A DNA stretch of 64,000 nt, taken from assembly GCA_963765575.1 (NCBI GenBank), contig CAVXWZ010000001.1:64001-128000 (forward strand), in the 5' to 3' direction. The DNA comes from an uncultured cyanobacterium (GTDB taxonomy: Bacteria; Cyanobacteriota; Cyanobacteriia; PCC-6307; Cyanobiaceae). Shown piece by piece: positions 50,389 to 59,720 of the stretch. The first letter of the stretch is position 1; every line of letters starts with the position of its first letter. The position numbers and the translations under genes are program-made. Below the pieces are notes generated by a model. That model made no database searches. It was not told the DNA's origin and saw only the letters and a program-made list of their open reading frames with translations.

Positions 50389-51552
50389 TCAGCGGAATCC
50401 CTTGCCGGCGTCCCGGGCCACGCAGGCCTGCAGCTGGCTGCGCAGCCTGGGGTGGTCGAGGTCGCGGCCGATCAGCACGATCTGATTCTTGCGCTCCTCG
50501 CTGGGCCAGTCGGAATCGTCAATGGAGAAGCGTTTGCCGGCCAGGTGGAACACGTGGCGGCGGGCGCTCTCGTTGAACCAGAGGATTCCCTTGGCCCGGA
50601 ACACGCCGGGGGGCAGCTGGTTGTCGAGGAAGTTCTGAAACTTGCGCAGCGAGAAGGGGCCGTCGGCCGCGAACGACAGGGAGGTGAAGCCCTCGATGGC
50701 GGCGTGATCGGGATGGGCGTCGTGGTCGTGCCCGTGGTCGTGCCCGTGCCCATGGTTGTGGTGGGCATGGCTGTGATCGCCGCCGTGCTCGTGTTCGCAG
50801 TGGCCGTGGTCGTGGTCGCAGGCGCTGTGGTCGGCTTCGGGTTCGGTGGCGGGTTGGGTGGCGGGTTTGGTGGCGGCGTCGGCGGCCACCACCCGGTCGC
50901 TCTCGAACAGGCCCACGCTCAGCAACAGCGGCAGGGGCACCCCGCCCTTCACCGAGCGCAGGATGCGGGCGTCGGTCTTGATCTCCCGCAGGCGCCGTTC
51001 AAGGGCCTCCAGCCGCTCCTCGGCCACCAGGTCGCACTTGTTGAGCAGGATCATGTCGCCGTAGACGATCTGGGCCCGGGCCACCTCCCCCTCCAGCAGC
51101 TCATCGCTGAAGTTCTCGGCATCCACCAGGGTGATGATCGAATCCAGCCGGGTGGTGTCCCTCAGGTCGCTGCCCAGGAAGGTCATCGCCACCGGCAGCG
51201 GGTCGGCCAGGCCGGTGGTTTCCACCACCAGGTAGTCCACTTTCTCTGGTCGCTCCAGGATCCGGTACACGGCCTCCAGCAGCTCGCCGTTGATCGAGCA
51301 GCAGATGCAGCCGTTGCTCAGCTCCACCATGTCGTCGCCGGTGGCGATCACCAGCTCGTTGTCGATGCCGATCTCGCCAAACTCATTCACCAGTACGGCG
51401 GTCTTCAGCCCCTGCTGGTTGGTGAGGATGTGGTTGAGCAGGGTGGTTTTGCCCGCCCCCAGAAAGCCGGTGAGGATGGTGACCGGCAGGGCTTTGGGGG
51501 CAGCTTCGAGGGCCCCGTCGGGGACCGGTCCGGTGGCGGCACTGGCGCTCAT
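50389..51552 (-). CDS. COG0523 (CobW/ZigA-like) metallochaperone GTPase
   Basis: GFLGAGKT, NEFGE, GCICC, ETTGLADP, NKCD, His-rich insert. Confidence 0.95.
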   Translation of the reverse strand: MSASAATGPVPDGALEAAPKALPVTILTGFLGAGKTTLLNHILTNQQGLKTAVLVNEFGEIGIDNELVIATGDDMVELSNGCICCSINGELLEAVYRILERPEKVDYLVVETTGLADPLPVAMTFLGSDLRDTTRLDSIITLVDAENFSDELLEGEVARAQIVYGDMILLNKCDLVAEERLEALERRLREIKTDARILRSVKGGVPLPLLLSVGLFESDRVVAADAATKPATQPATEPEADHSACDHDHGHCEHEHGGDHSHAHHNHGHGHDHGHDHDAHPDHAAIEGFTSLSFAADGPFSLRKFQNFLDNQLPPGVFRAKGILWFNESARRHVFHLAGKRFSIDDSDWPSEERKNQIVLIGRDLDHPRLRSQLQACVARDAGKGFR

Positions 51553-51560
51553 GGGTTCTA

Positions 51561-51575
51561 CGGGAATGGTTCTCA
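51561..51575 (-). promoter_or_regulatory. putative Zur/Fur box upstream of COG0523
   Basis: TGAGAACCATTCCCG ending 8 nt before ATG. Confidence 0.55.
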
Positions 51576-51579
51576 GACG

Positions 51580-52005
51580 TTAGGCAGGCGGCGTCCGCCC
51601 AGGTTCGGCGGGACTGCGCCGCTGGCGCCGCTGGCAGTCGGGACAGAGCCCGAAGAACTCCAGGGTGTGGAACAGGGGCAGAAAGCCCTGCAGCTCACCG
51701 CTGGGCAACTCCAGGGCATGCACCGGGCAGTGGGCCAGCGGATGGGTCTGGCCGCAGTCCACGCACGTGAGGTGGTGCTCGTCGCGCTCGGTGGGGGCGA
51801 ACAGGGCTTCGCCGCTGGGCAGGTGCCGGCAGCGCACCAGACCCCACTGCTGCAGCTGGCGCAGGTGCCGGTAGACCGTCGCCAGCCCCATGGGCGTGGC
51901 ACTGGCGCGCAGGCAGGCATGCAGATCCTGGCCCGACAGCTCGCGTCCGGCGCGGCGCAGGGCCGCCAGCAGTTGTTCCTGGCGCGGGCTGAGGTTGGGA
52001 TCCAC
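51580..52005 (-). CDS. zur: Fur-family regulator, probably Zur
   Basis: LSGQDLH, MGLATVYRHL, DEHHLTCVDC, HCP, FHTLEFFGLCPDC; zinc-gene context. Confidence 0.8.
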   Translation of the reverse strand: MDPNLSPRQEQLLAALRRAGRELSGQDLHACLRASATPMGLATVYRHLRQLQQWGLVRCRHLPSGEALFAPTERDEHHLTCVDCGQTHPLAHCPVHALELPSGELQGFLPLFHTLEFFGLCPDCQRRQRRSPAEPGRTPPA

Positions 52006-52046
52006 GGTGGCCAGAGCAGACCGGCGGGCCGTTCGCTGGGGCCGTT

Positions 52047-53408
52047 CTAGCCGGGCACCAGCCACTGGGCCTGCTTCACCGCCGCCGGCAGGGGCCGCAA
52101 CTCCAGGCTGGTGGCGTCGATCAGCACCGCCTGGGCCGGCGGCGGCGGGGCATCGCCGCGCGCCCGGGGCCGCAGGGTGGCCAGCAGCTGATCGCCGGCG
52201 GCATCCCAGTGCAGGCCGGTGCCGGGCTCCAGTTCCCAGCCCTGCAGCAGTCGCCGGCCCAGCTCCTGGCCGTTGCGGTTCAGGGCCAGCAGGGTGAGAC
52301 GCGGCTCCTCGGTGCCCTCCATCAACAGCGTCCACACCCGATCTCCGCTGCGGCTGCAGGCGCTGGCCACCAGGGCCTGCTCCCCCAGCCAGAGCTGTTT
52401 GGGCGGCTGGCCCGGTTCCACCAGTTCCAGTGAGCGGCGGAAATCGGGCCAGTGGCGCTGCAGCAGGGCCCGGCCGGCCTGGGGGCAGAAGCTGCTCAGA
52501 TCGCGGCTGCCCGGCAGGGTCTGGCGGCGGGGCTGCTGGGGCGGCAGGGCTTCGAGGTGCAGCCCCTCGGTGTCGGGCACCACCACCGCGCCCCCCTCGG
52601 GCAGCAGCAGCATCGGTCCGCTGGCTGTCCAGGGCAGTCGCCGCCAGCGCCAGGCTCCCCCCCGCCGCAGCAGGGCCTCACTGCTGCCCGGCTCGAGCTC
52701 GCCGCTCTGGATCAGCAGGTCGCCGTTGCGGTTGCTGCTCAGGTGGGCGAACAGCACCGGCCGGCCCAGCAGGGGACGCGGCGTCTCGGCCCGCACCGCC
52801 CCGGCCGGCTCCGAGGCGAGCCGCAGGTTGTTCTGCTGCAGGGGGATGCGCCACAGGCGCAGCTGGCCGTCGGGCTCGCGGCTGGCGGCCGCCACCGCCG
52901 AGCCATCGCCGAGGGGCAGCAGCAGCGGGATCTCCGGCCACACCGGACTGATGGGTTGCCAGCTGCCGTCATGGGCGCGTACCTGCACCTGTTCGCCGCC
53001 GGCGGCCGGCACCACCGCCAGCACCCGCGGGCGGGGATCCCAGTGCCAGCGGCTGGCGGCCAGGGCCAGGCCGCGCTGATCCCGGCCGGCCAGCTGGAGC
53101 TCCAGGGGGGCCTCGATGCGCTGGCCCTCGTCGAGGCTCAGCAGCAGGCTGCTGCCGCTGCCCAGCCAGCGGTGGCTGAGGGCCGGTTGGAGCTGGCCGG
53201 CCCGTTGCAGGCTGGCCGCCTGCATCGGCCGGCTGAAGCGGGCCTGCAGGGCCGCCGGCCCGGAGCTGGCCGGGGCATTGCGCAGGGCCTCGAGCTGGGG
53301 CGGCTGGCGCTGCAGCAGCTGTTGTTGCCCCAGGGCCAGCAGGGCCGGCAGACCCAGGGCCAGCAGCAGGGGCCGGGAGGGCCAGGTCCGCGAGGAGACG
53401 TTGCTCAT
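52047..53408 (-). CDS. hypothetical membrane-anchored protein (Ig-like start plus propeller-like region)
   Basis: N-terminal hydrophobic stretch, FSRPM motif; ATGA-coupled to the TIGR03943 gene. Confidence 0.7.
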   Translation of the reverse strand: MSNVSSRTWPSRPLLLALGLPALLALGQQQLLQRQPPQLEALRNAPASSGPAALQARFSRPMQAASLQRAGQLQPALSHRWLGSGSSLLLSLDEGQRIEAPLELQLAGRDQRGLALAASRWHWDPRPRVLAVVPAAGGEQVQVRAHDGSWQPISPVWPEIPLLLPLGDGSAVAAASREPDGQLRLWRIPLQQNNLRLASEPAGAVRAETPRPLLGRPVLFAHLSSNRNGDLLIQSGELEPGSSEALLRRGGAWRWRRLPWTASGPMLLLPEGGAVVVPDTEGLHLEALPPQQPRRQTLPGSRDLSSFCPQAGRALLQRHWPDFRRSLELVEPGQPPKQLWLGEQALVASACSRSGDRVWTLLMEGTEEPRLTLLALNRNGQELGRRLLQGWELEPGTGLHWDAAGDQLLATLRPRARGDAPPPPAQAVLIDATSLELRPLPAAVKQAQWLVPG

Positions 53409-54082
53409 GGCTCCAGGGGCCGGGCCGGTCGGGGGATCGGCTGGATGCGTTCGGGCACCACCTCCAGCTCGCCGTCGTTGATCGCCATGCGCCCCTCGAT
53501 GGCCAGCCACTGATCGGCCTGGGGCAGGGGTTCGCCCTCCGGCCAGCGCACCGCCAGGCCCACCGGCGTGGCGTCGGCCAGGCAGCAGCGCACCAGCAGC
53601 CGCGCCAGCTGGGGCGGCCCGTCGGGCATGGGCAGCACGAAGCCGCTGATGCGCGCCGGATCGCCCTCGAACAGCTGGGGATCGGGCTGACTGCGCAGCA
53701 ACCGCACCCAGTCGGTGAGGCTGCGCTGGGCCGGCGGCAGCACGAAGCTGAGGGTCTCATCCGCGGTGTCGTCGGCGGGCCGCTGGCTGGCCAGATCGGC
53801 AAAGGAGGGGTTGGCTGGCAGGGCGATCAGCAGGGCGGCGATGGTCGCCGTGGCGGCGCTCAACCGCCACTCGCCGCGGCCCACCGCCTCACCGCCGCCC
53901 GGCCACTGCCGCAGCCCCACCAGCACCTGCACCACCGCCAGGGTCAGCAACACCCCGCCGGCGCTGCTCACCAGGGGGTGGAAGGCGGCCCGCAGCAGCA
54001 GATCCAGACGACCGTCGACGCTGCTCTGCAGCATCACCACGGCCCACAGGCCCAGGGCCAGTCCGCGAATCAGAGCCGCCAC
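53405..54082 (-). CDS. TIGR03943 / DUF1980 (YcgQ-like) putative permease subunit
   Basis: GRLDLLL, ISGFV, RLLVRCCLADATPVG, DQWLAIEG. Confidence 0.85.
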   Translation of the reverse strand: MAALIRGLALGLWAVVMLQSSVDGRLDLLLRAAFHPLVSSAGGVLLTLAVVQVLVGLRQWPGGGEAVGRGEWRLSAATATIAALLIALPANPSFADLASQRPADDTADETLSFVLPPAQRSLTDWVRLLRSQPDPQLFEGDPARISGFVLPMPDGPPQLARLLVRCCLADATPVGLAVRWPEGEPLPQADQWLAIEGRMAINDGELEVVPERIQPIPRPARPLEP

Positions 54083-55044
54083 AGGTTCACCCACTGGCCG
54101 ATCAGCAGCACCAGCACGGAGGAGCCCGCGGCGGTGAGCAGCAGTCCTTTGCCGCGGAACAGCAGCCCCAGCAGCCCCACCAGTTTGATGTCGATCACCG
54201 GGCCCAGCAGCAGGAAGGCGAGCAGGGCCCCGGGGGTGATCTGGGCGGCGAAGCCCAGGGCCAGGAAGGCATCCACGCTCGAGCACACCGACAGCACCAG
54301 GCTGAGCAGCATCAGGGCCACGATCGAGAGCGTGGGCGCCCCACCCACCGCCAGCAGCCACTGGCGCGGCAGCGTGGCCTGCACCAGGGCGGCAACGGCG
54401 CAGCCGGCCACCAGCAGCAGGGCCAGGTTGATGAACTCGCGGCTGCCGTGGCGCAGCACCTCCTGCCAGCCTGGCGCTGGCGCGCTGCCCAGGTTGGGGG
54501 GGGCATCCTCGGCCAGGCCGATCACGCCCGTGCGGCGCTCCAGCAGGCTGACGCTGGCCAGGGGCTGGTTGAGGCGGCGCTCCTCCAGCAGGTCGGCGCG
54601 CAGCAGCACGGCCTCAGGCAACAGGCGCAACAGCAGGGCCAGCCCCAGGGCCACCAGCACGGCCCCCGCCGGGCGGGCCAGCAGCAGCCAGGGCTGGTTG
54701 GGGAAGGCCGCCCAGGTGCTGGCGATCACGATCGGATTGAGCACCGGCGCCGCGAACAGAAAGCCCAGGGCCGTGCCCACCGGGGCACCGCCCACCAGCA
54801 GCCGCCGCGCCACCGGCACGTTGCCGCACTCGCAGGCGGGCAGGGCGAAGCCGAGGGCGGCGCCGGTGAGCGGGCCGGCCACCGGATGGGCGGGCAGGCG
54901 GCGCAGCCAGGCGCCGCCGGGGCTGAACCAGCGGGCCAGCGAAGCGATCAGCACGCCGATCAGCAGGAAGGGCAGGGCCTCCAGCAACAGGCCCTGGAAG
55001 AGGGCCCAGGCGGTGTTGAGGCGCGTCAGAACGTTGAACGCCAT
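54070..55044 (-). CDS. DUF318 (YcgR/ArsP-like) permease
   Basis: LLEALPFLLIG, PACECGNVP, APVLNP, SVCSSVDAF, GPVIDIK. Confidence 0.9.
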   Translation of the reverse strand: MAFNVLTRLNTAWALFQGLLLEALPFLLIGVLIASLARWFSPGGAWLRRLPAHPVAGPLTGAALGFALPACECGNVPVARRLLVGGAPVGTALGFLFAAPVLNPIVIASTWAAFPNQPWLLLARPAGAVLVALGLALLLRLLPEAVLLRADLLEERRLNQPLASVSLLERRTGVIGLAEDAPPNLGSAPAPGWQEVLRHGSREFINLALLLVAGCAVAALVQATLPRQWLLAVGGAPTLSIVALMLLSLVLSVCSSVDAFLALGFAAQITPGALLAFLLLGPVIDIKLVGLLGLLFRGKGLLLTAAGSSVLVLLIGQWVNLWRL

Positions 55045-55123
55045 CGCTCCGGGTTGCCGTGGGGGGATTCTGCACCGCCCGGTCCGCCGCCCTGGGGCGC
55101 TGCGGCCGGTCGACAAGTTGTAC

Positions 55124-55138
55124 CGGTAATCATTCTCA
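55124..55138. promoter_or_regulatory. putative Zur box in divergent DUF318/znuA intergenic region
   Basis: CGGTAATCATTCTCA (reverse TGAGAATGATTACCG) in an AT-rich patch. Confidence 0.65.
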
Positions 55139-55192
55139 TTTAGATTGGTGATCGGGCTGTCCGGCCCCGGTGTGGCCCTGCCCCCTGGGAGC

Positions 55193-55225
55193 TTCACCCC
55201 TGCCAGTCCAGTTCACCCCTGCCAG
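55193..55225 (+). repeat. 14-bp direct repeat in znuA leader
   Basis: TTCACCCCTGCCAG at 55193 and 55212. Confidence 0.7.
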
Positions 55226-55235
55226 CCCTCTCTCC

Positions 55236-56252
55236 ATGCGCGCTCCGTTCCTGTCCCGGCTGTTGGCTGTTTCCCGGCGTCGGCTGGTCACCGCCTCGGC
55301 CCTGGGGCTGCTGCTGGCCTCCTGTGGGGCCGGCCAGGCCCCCCAGGACGATCAGGGCCAGGGCGACCGGGCAACGGCTGAGCGGCCCCGGGTGGTGGCC
55401 ACCTTTCTGCCGATCACCCTGTTCACCGAGGCGGTGGCCGGTGACTGCGCCGAGGTGAGTTCCCTGATCCCAGCCACCAGTGGCGTCCATGACTTCCAGG
55501 CCCGGCCAGGCGATCTGGTGGCCCTGCGCGAGGCCAGGGTGCTGGTCAAGAACGGCCTGGGGATCGAGGGCTTTCTCGACAAGATGGTGGCCTCGGCTGA
55601 GAATTCCGACCTCAAGGTGATCGACAGCAGCCGCGGCGTCGCCACCCTCGCCAGCGTCGAACGTGGAGCGAACGACGAGCACGACCATGGCGATGAGGAC
55701 CATGGCGACAGTCATGGCCATGCCCACGGACCGGTGGACCCCCACATCTGGCTGGACCCCCAGCGCGCCGTGCAGCAGGTGGAAAACATCCGCGACGGGC
55801 TGGTGGAGGCCGACCCCGGCTGCGCGGACGGCTACCGCCGCAACGCCGAGGCCGCCATCGCCGAGCTGCAGGAGCTGGACGCCGCCATCGCCGCCGACCT
55901 GGCCCCATTCCAGGGCAAGACTTTCGTGGCCTTCCACGACTTCGCCGCCTACTTCGCCGAGCGCTATGGCCTGGTGGCGGAGTTTGTGGTGGACGTGCCC
56001 GAGGTCAATCCCACCCCCGCCGATCTGCGCCGGGTGAGCGAGATCGTGGAGGACACCCAGTTGCAGGCCCTGCTCAGCGAACCGCAGGAGGGCACCAGCT
56101 CCTTCAACGCCCTGGCCCGCGATCTTGGGGTGCGGGTCAGCGAGTTCGATCCGCTGGAAACCGGCTCAGTGGAGGACGCCCAGGATCCGGCCACCTACAT
56201 CCAGGTGATGCGCCGCAATGCCGACAACCTGCGTCAGGCCTTCGGGGGGTAA
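55236..56252 (+). CDS. znuA: zinc ABC substrate-binding lipoprotein
   Basis: Lipobox LASC, HDFQ, His/Asp loop HDHGDEDHGDSHGHAH, DPHIWLDP, FHD. Confidence 0.85.
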   Translation: MRAPFLSRLLAVSRRRLVTASALGLLLASCGAGQAPQDDQGQGDRATAERPRVVATFLPITLFTEAVAGDCAEVSSLIPATSGVHDFQARPGDLVALREARVLVKNGLGIEGFLDKMVASAENSDLKVIDSSRGVATLASVERGANDEHDHGDEDHGDSHGHAHGPVDPHIWLDPQRAVQQVENIRDGLVEADPGCADGYRRNAEAAIAELQELDAAIAADLAPFQGKTFVAFHDFAAYFAERYGLVAEFVVDVPEVNPTPADLRRVSEIVEDTQLQALLSEPQEGTSSFNALARDLGVRVSEFDPLETGSVEDAQDPATYIQVMRRNADNLRQAFGG

Positions 56253-56312
56253 AGCCAGGGGTGGACTGCGATCCAGCCAGCCCCCGCTGGGGCAGCTTGG
56301 GGCTGGTGGCGG

Positions 56313-57362
56313 TTGTCTAACCTTCGGACAGAAGGTCTAGTCCGACTTCCGGCCCTGGCCTCAAACCCCAGCCGCTCGTTGCCCGACCTCTCCCCCATCC
56401 GGCGTTGCCGTCGGCCCCCGACGCCGGCCCGGAGAACCAGCGCGGGTGTGGCCTTGCTGGCCCTGCTGCTGGCCGGCTGCGGGGCTCCGTCCGGCGTGCC
56501 CGAAACCAGCGGCCTCGAGAGCGCAGGGCCGGATCTCCCCCTGGTGCTCACCAGCTTCACCGTGCTCGCCGACATGGCCTCGCAGGTGGCCTGCGGCCAG
56601 CTGCGGGTGGAGTCGATCACCAAGCCCGGCGCCGAGATCCACAGCTACGAACCCACCCCCAGCGACCTGCGCCGCGCCCAGGACGCCCAGCTGGTGCTGG
56701 TGAACGGCCTCAACCTGGAGCTCTGGATGGAGCGTTTTCTGGCCGCCGCCGGCGACGCTGATCGCGCCGTGGTCAGTGAGGGCGTGGCGGTGATCCCGAT
56801 CAGCGCCGATGCCGGCGCCGGCAAGCCCAACCCCCATGCCTGGATGTCGCCCCGGCAGGCACGCACCTACGTGGCCAACATCCGCGACGCCTTCACCCGC
56901 CTCGATCCCGGCAACGCCGCCACCTACCGGCGCTGCGCCGCCGCCTACACCGCCGAGCTGGAAGCCCTCGATGCAGAGCTGCGCGAGCGGCTGGCGGTGT
57001 TGCCGCCCGATCGCCGCCTGCTGGTGAGCTGCGAGGGATCCCTCAGTTACCTGGCGGCCGACTACGGCCTGGAGGAGGCCTATCTCTGGCCGGTGAACGC
57101 AGAAACCGAGGTCACCCCTCAGCGCATGGCGCGGGTGATCGACACCGTGCGCAAGCGCCGGGTGCCGGCCGTGTTCTGTGAGAGCACCGTGGACAACCGC
57201 TCCCAGCGCCGGGTGGCCGAGGAGACCGGCGCCCGCTTCGCGGGCGTGTTCTACGTGGATTCGCTCTCGCCCCCCGAGGGTCCGGCTCCCACCTACCTCG
57301 ACATGCTGCGCCACAACGCCAAGACTCTGGTGCAGGGACTCCAGGCCGATGTTCAGTCCTGA
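56313..57362 (+). CDS. mntC: manganese ABC substrate-binding lipoprotein
   Basis: Lipobox LAGC, EIHSYEPTP, NPHAWMSP, CEG, YVDSL; start uncertain. Confidence 0.85.
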   Translation: MSNLRTEGLVRLPALASNPSRSLPDLSPIRRCRRPPTPARRTSAGVALLALLLAGCGAPSGVPETSGLESAGPDLPLVLTSFTVLADMASQVACGQLRVESITKPGAEIHSYEPTPSDLRRAQDAQLVLVNGLNLELWMERFLAAAGDADRAVVSEGVAVIPISADAGAGKPNPHAWMSPRQARTYVANIRDAFTRLDPGNAATYRRCAAAYTAELEALDAELRERLAVLPPDRRLLVSCEGSLSYLAADYGLEEAYLWPVNAETEVTPQRMARVIDTVRKRRVPAVFCESTVDNRSQRRVAEETGARFAGVFYVDSLSPPEGPAPTYLDMLRHNAKTLVQGLQADVQS

Positions 57363-58140
57363 TCGCCAGAGCGTTGAGCGGCCCCCGGCCGGGGGCGTTG
57401 CCGGTGCCGTTGCTGTTGCCGTGGACAACCTCACGGTGGGCTACAACGGCCGGCCGGCGGTGGTGGATGTGAGCCTGGAGCTGCGCTCTGGCACCATCTG
57501 TGCCCTGGTGGGCATGAACGGTGCCGGCAAGTCCACCCTGTTCAAGGCCTTGATGGGCTTCCTCAAGCCCAGTGGCGGCAGCATTCGCATCGGCGGCCTC
57601 AGCCTGCGGCAAGCCCAGCGCCGGCAACTGGTGGCCTACGTGCCCCAGAGCGAGCAGGTGGACTGGCAGTTCCCGATCCGCGTCTGGGACGTGGTGATGA
57701 TGGGGCGCTACGGCGGCATGGGGCTGCTGCGCTGGCCCGCCGCCGCCGACCGTCAGCAGGTGCGTCGTGCCCTGGAGCGGGTGGACCTCTGGGCCCTGCG
57801 CGACCGCCAGATCGGTGCCCTCTCGGGCGGCCAGCGCAAGCGCGCGTTCCTGGCCCGGGCCCTGGCCCAGGGGGCCCGGGTGCTGCTGCTGGATGAGCCC
57901 TTCAGCGGCGTGGACATCAGCACCGAGCGGCTGATCATCGATCTGCTCATCGAGCTGCGCGGCGAGGGCGCCACCGTGCTGCTGGCCACCCACGATCTCG
58001 AATCGATCCCCAGCTTCTGCGACCGGGTGGTGCTGATCAACCGCACCGTGCTGGCCTACGGCGACACCTCCGAAGTGTTCACCCAGGCCAACCTGCTGCG
58101 CACCTTCACCATTCCCGCCCCCGCGACCCCCAACCCGTGA
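57349..58140 (+). CDS. mntA: Mn ABC ATP-binding protein
   Basis: GMNGAGKST, YVPQSE, LSGGQRKR, DEPF. Confidence 0.88.
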   Translation: MFSPDRQSVERPPAGGVAGAVAVAVDNLTVGYNGRPAVVDVSLELRSGTICALVGMNGAGKSTLFKALMGFLKPSGGSIRIGGLSLRQAQRRQLVAYVPQSEQVDWQFPIRVWDVVMMGRYGGMGLLRWPAAADRQQVRRALERVDLWALRDRQIGALSGGQRKRAFLARALAQGARVLLLDEPFSGVDISTERLIIDLLIELRGEGATVLLATHDLESIPSFCDRVVLINRTVLAYGDTSEVFTQANLLRTFTIPAPATPNP

Positions 58141-58976
58141 TGGATGTCCTGCTGGCGCCGATTCAGATGGTCTTCATGCAGCGGGCCCTGGCGATCGGCG
58201 TGGTGGTGGCGGTGGTGTGTGCGGTGCTCTCCTGTTTCATGACCCTCAAGGGCTGGGCCCTGATGGGCGATGCCGTGTCCCATGCCGTGCTGCCCGGGGT
58301 GGTGATCGCCTACGCCCTGGGGCTGCCCTTCGCCCTGGGCGCCTTCGTGTTCGGGGTTGGTTCGGTGGGGGTGATCGGGGCCATCAAGCAGCACACCCGG
58401 GTCAAGGAGGACACGGTGATCGGGCTGGTGTTCACCGGCTTTTTCGCCCTCGGGCTGGTGCTGATCTCCAAGGTGCGCAGCAGCGTGGACCTCAGCCACA
58501 TCCTGTTTGGCAATCTGCTGGGCATCACCGATGCCGACCTGGTGCAGACCCTGGTGATCAGTTGCGTCTGCATGTTGGCGCTGCTGGTGCTGCGCCGTGA
58601 TCTGCTGCTGTTCTGCTTCGACCCCAGCCACGCCCGCTCCATCGGCCTGAACACCGGTGCCTTGCACTACCTGCTGCTCACGCTCGTGAGCCTCTCGGCC
58701 GTGGCCGGCCTCCAGACCGTGGGCATCATCCTGGTGGTGGCGATGCTGGTGACGCCGGGGGCCACCGCCTACCTGCTCACCGACCGCTTCGACCGCATGA
58801 CCTGGCTGGCGGTGCTGTCGGCGGTGAGTGCCACGGTGCTGGGGGTCTATGCCAGCTACTGGTTTGACGCCTCCACGGCCGGCTGCATCGTGGTGGTGCA
58901 GACCCTGCAGTTTCTGGTGGTGATGGTGCTGGCCCCCCGCCATGGCCTGCTGGCGCAGCGGCGGCGGAGCGGCTGA
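58137..58976 (+). CDS. mntB: Mn ABC permease
   Basis: LMGDAVSHAVLPG, KEDTVIG, LFGNLLG. Confidence 0.88.
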   Translation: MMDVLLAPIQMVFMQRALAIGVVVAVVCAVLSCFMTLKGWALMGDAVSHAVLPGVVIAYALGLPFALGAFVFGVGSVGVIGAIKQHTRVKEDTVIGLVFTGFFALGLVLISKVRSSVDLSHILFGNLLGITDADLVQTLVISCVCMLALLVLRRDLLLFCFDPSHARSIGLNTGALHYLLLTLVSLSAVAGLQTVGIILVVAMLVTPGATAYLLTDRFDRMTWLAVLSAVSATVLGVYASYWFDASTAGCIVVVQTLQFLVVMVLAPRHGLLAQRRRSG

Positions 58977-58982
58977 GCGGGC

Positions 58983-59002
58983 TGGCACCAACGATGGTGC
59001 CA
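58983..59002 (+). terminator. hairpin after mntB
   Basis: TGGCACCA-acga-TGGTGCCA. Confidence 0.4.
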
Positions 59003-59185
59003 TTGGTCACACCCTCTTCACGCTTTCTTGCTGCGTTGCTGTGGGTGGCTTGGCTAGGGATAGGAGTGAATGCGCTGAGCTCTCTCCTCCAGCCCCCTGC
59101 CACCCTTTCAGCCTGCCTCGGTTGTTCATTTCTTGCGCTCTATTCGTTCACTGTTTTTGTTCGTCGTTGACGACACATCCCATCC

Positions 59186-59713
59186 ATGAAAGATCTCACC
59201 CAGGCCATCAACAGCCATCTCGCTTCCGAATTCCAGGCCAGTCACACCTATCTGGCCATGTCGATCTGGCTGCGCGAGAAGGACCTGGCCGGGTTTTCCC
59301 AGTACATGCTCGAGAAGAGCAACGAGGAGCGGGGCCACGCCGCCCGCATGATCTCCTACCTGGTGGATTGCGACGAGCCCGTGGAGCTGCCCACCATCGC
59401 CGCCCCCGAACGCAGCTGGCCGTCGGTGCAGAAGCTCTTCGACCGCGTGTTCGAGCTGGAGAAGCACGTCACCGCCTCGATCAACCGGCTCTATTCCATG
59501 GCTGAGGAGGCCGGGGAGCGCAGTGCCTCGGCGATGCTCGACTGGTTTGTCAGCGAGCAGATCCAGGAGGAGGCCGAAGCCCGCTTCGTGCTCAAGCGGC
59601 TGCGGCTGGCGGGCGACAACAGCGCTGCCCTGCTGCTGCTCGACCAGCAGTTCCTCGAGGGCAACGCCCTCACCCACGTCAAGGCTGGCATGGGCAGCTA
59701 CGGCGCCCAGTGA
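59186..59713 (+). CDS. ftn: ferritin
   Basis: Ferroxidase pattern E..Y, EERGHA, E..VT..IN, WFVSEQIQEE. Confidence 0.93.
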   Translation: MKDLTQAINSHLASEFQASHTYLAMSIWLREKDLAGFSQYMLEKSNEERGHAARMISYLVDCDEPVELPTIAAPERSWPSVQKLFDRVFELEKHVTASINRLYSMAEEAGERSASAMLDWFVSEQIQEEAEARFVLKRLRLAGDNSAALLLLDQQFLEGNALTHVKAGMGSYGAQ

Positions 59714-59720
59714 TCGCGCC

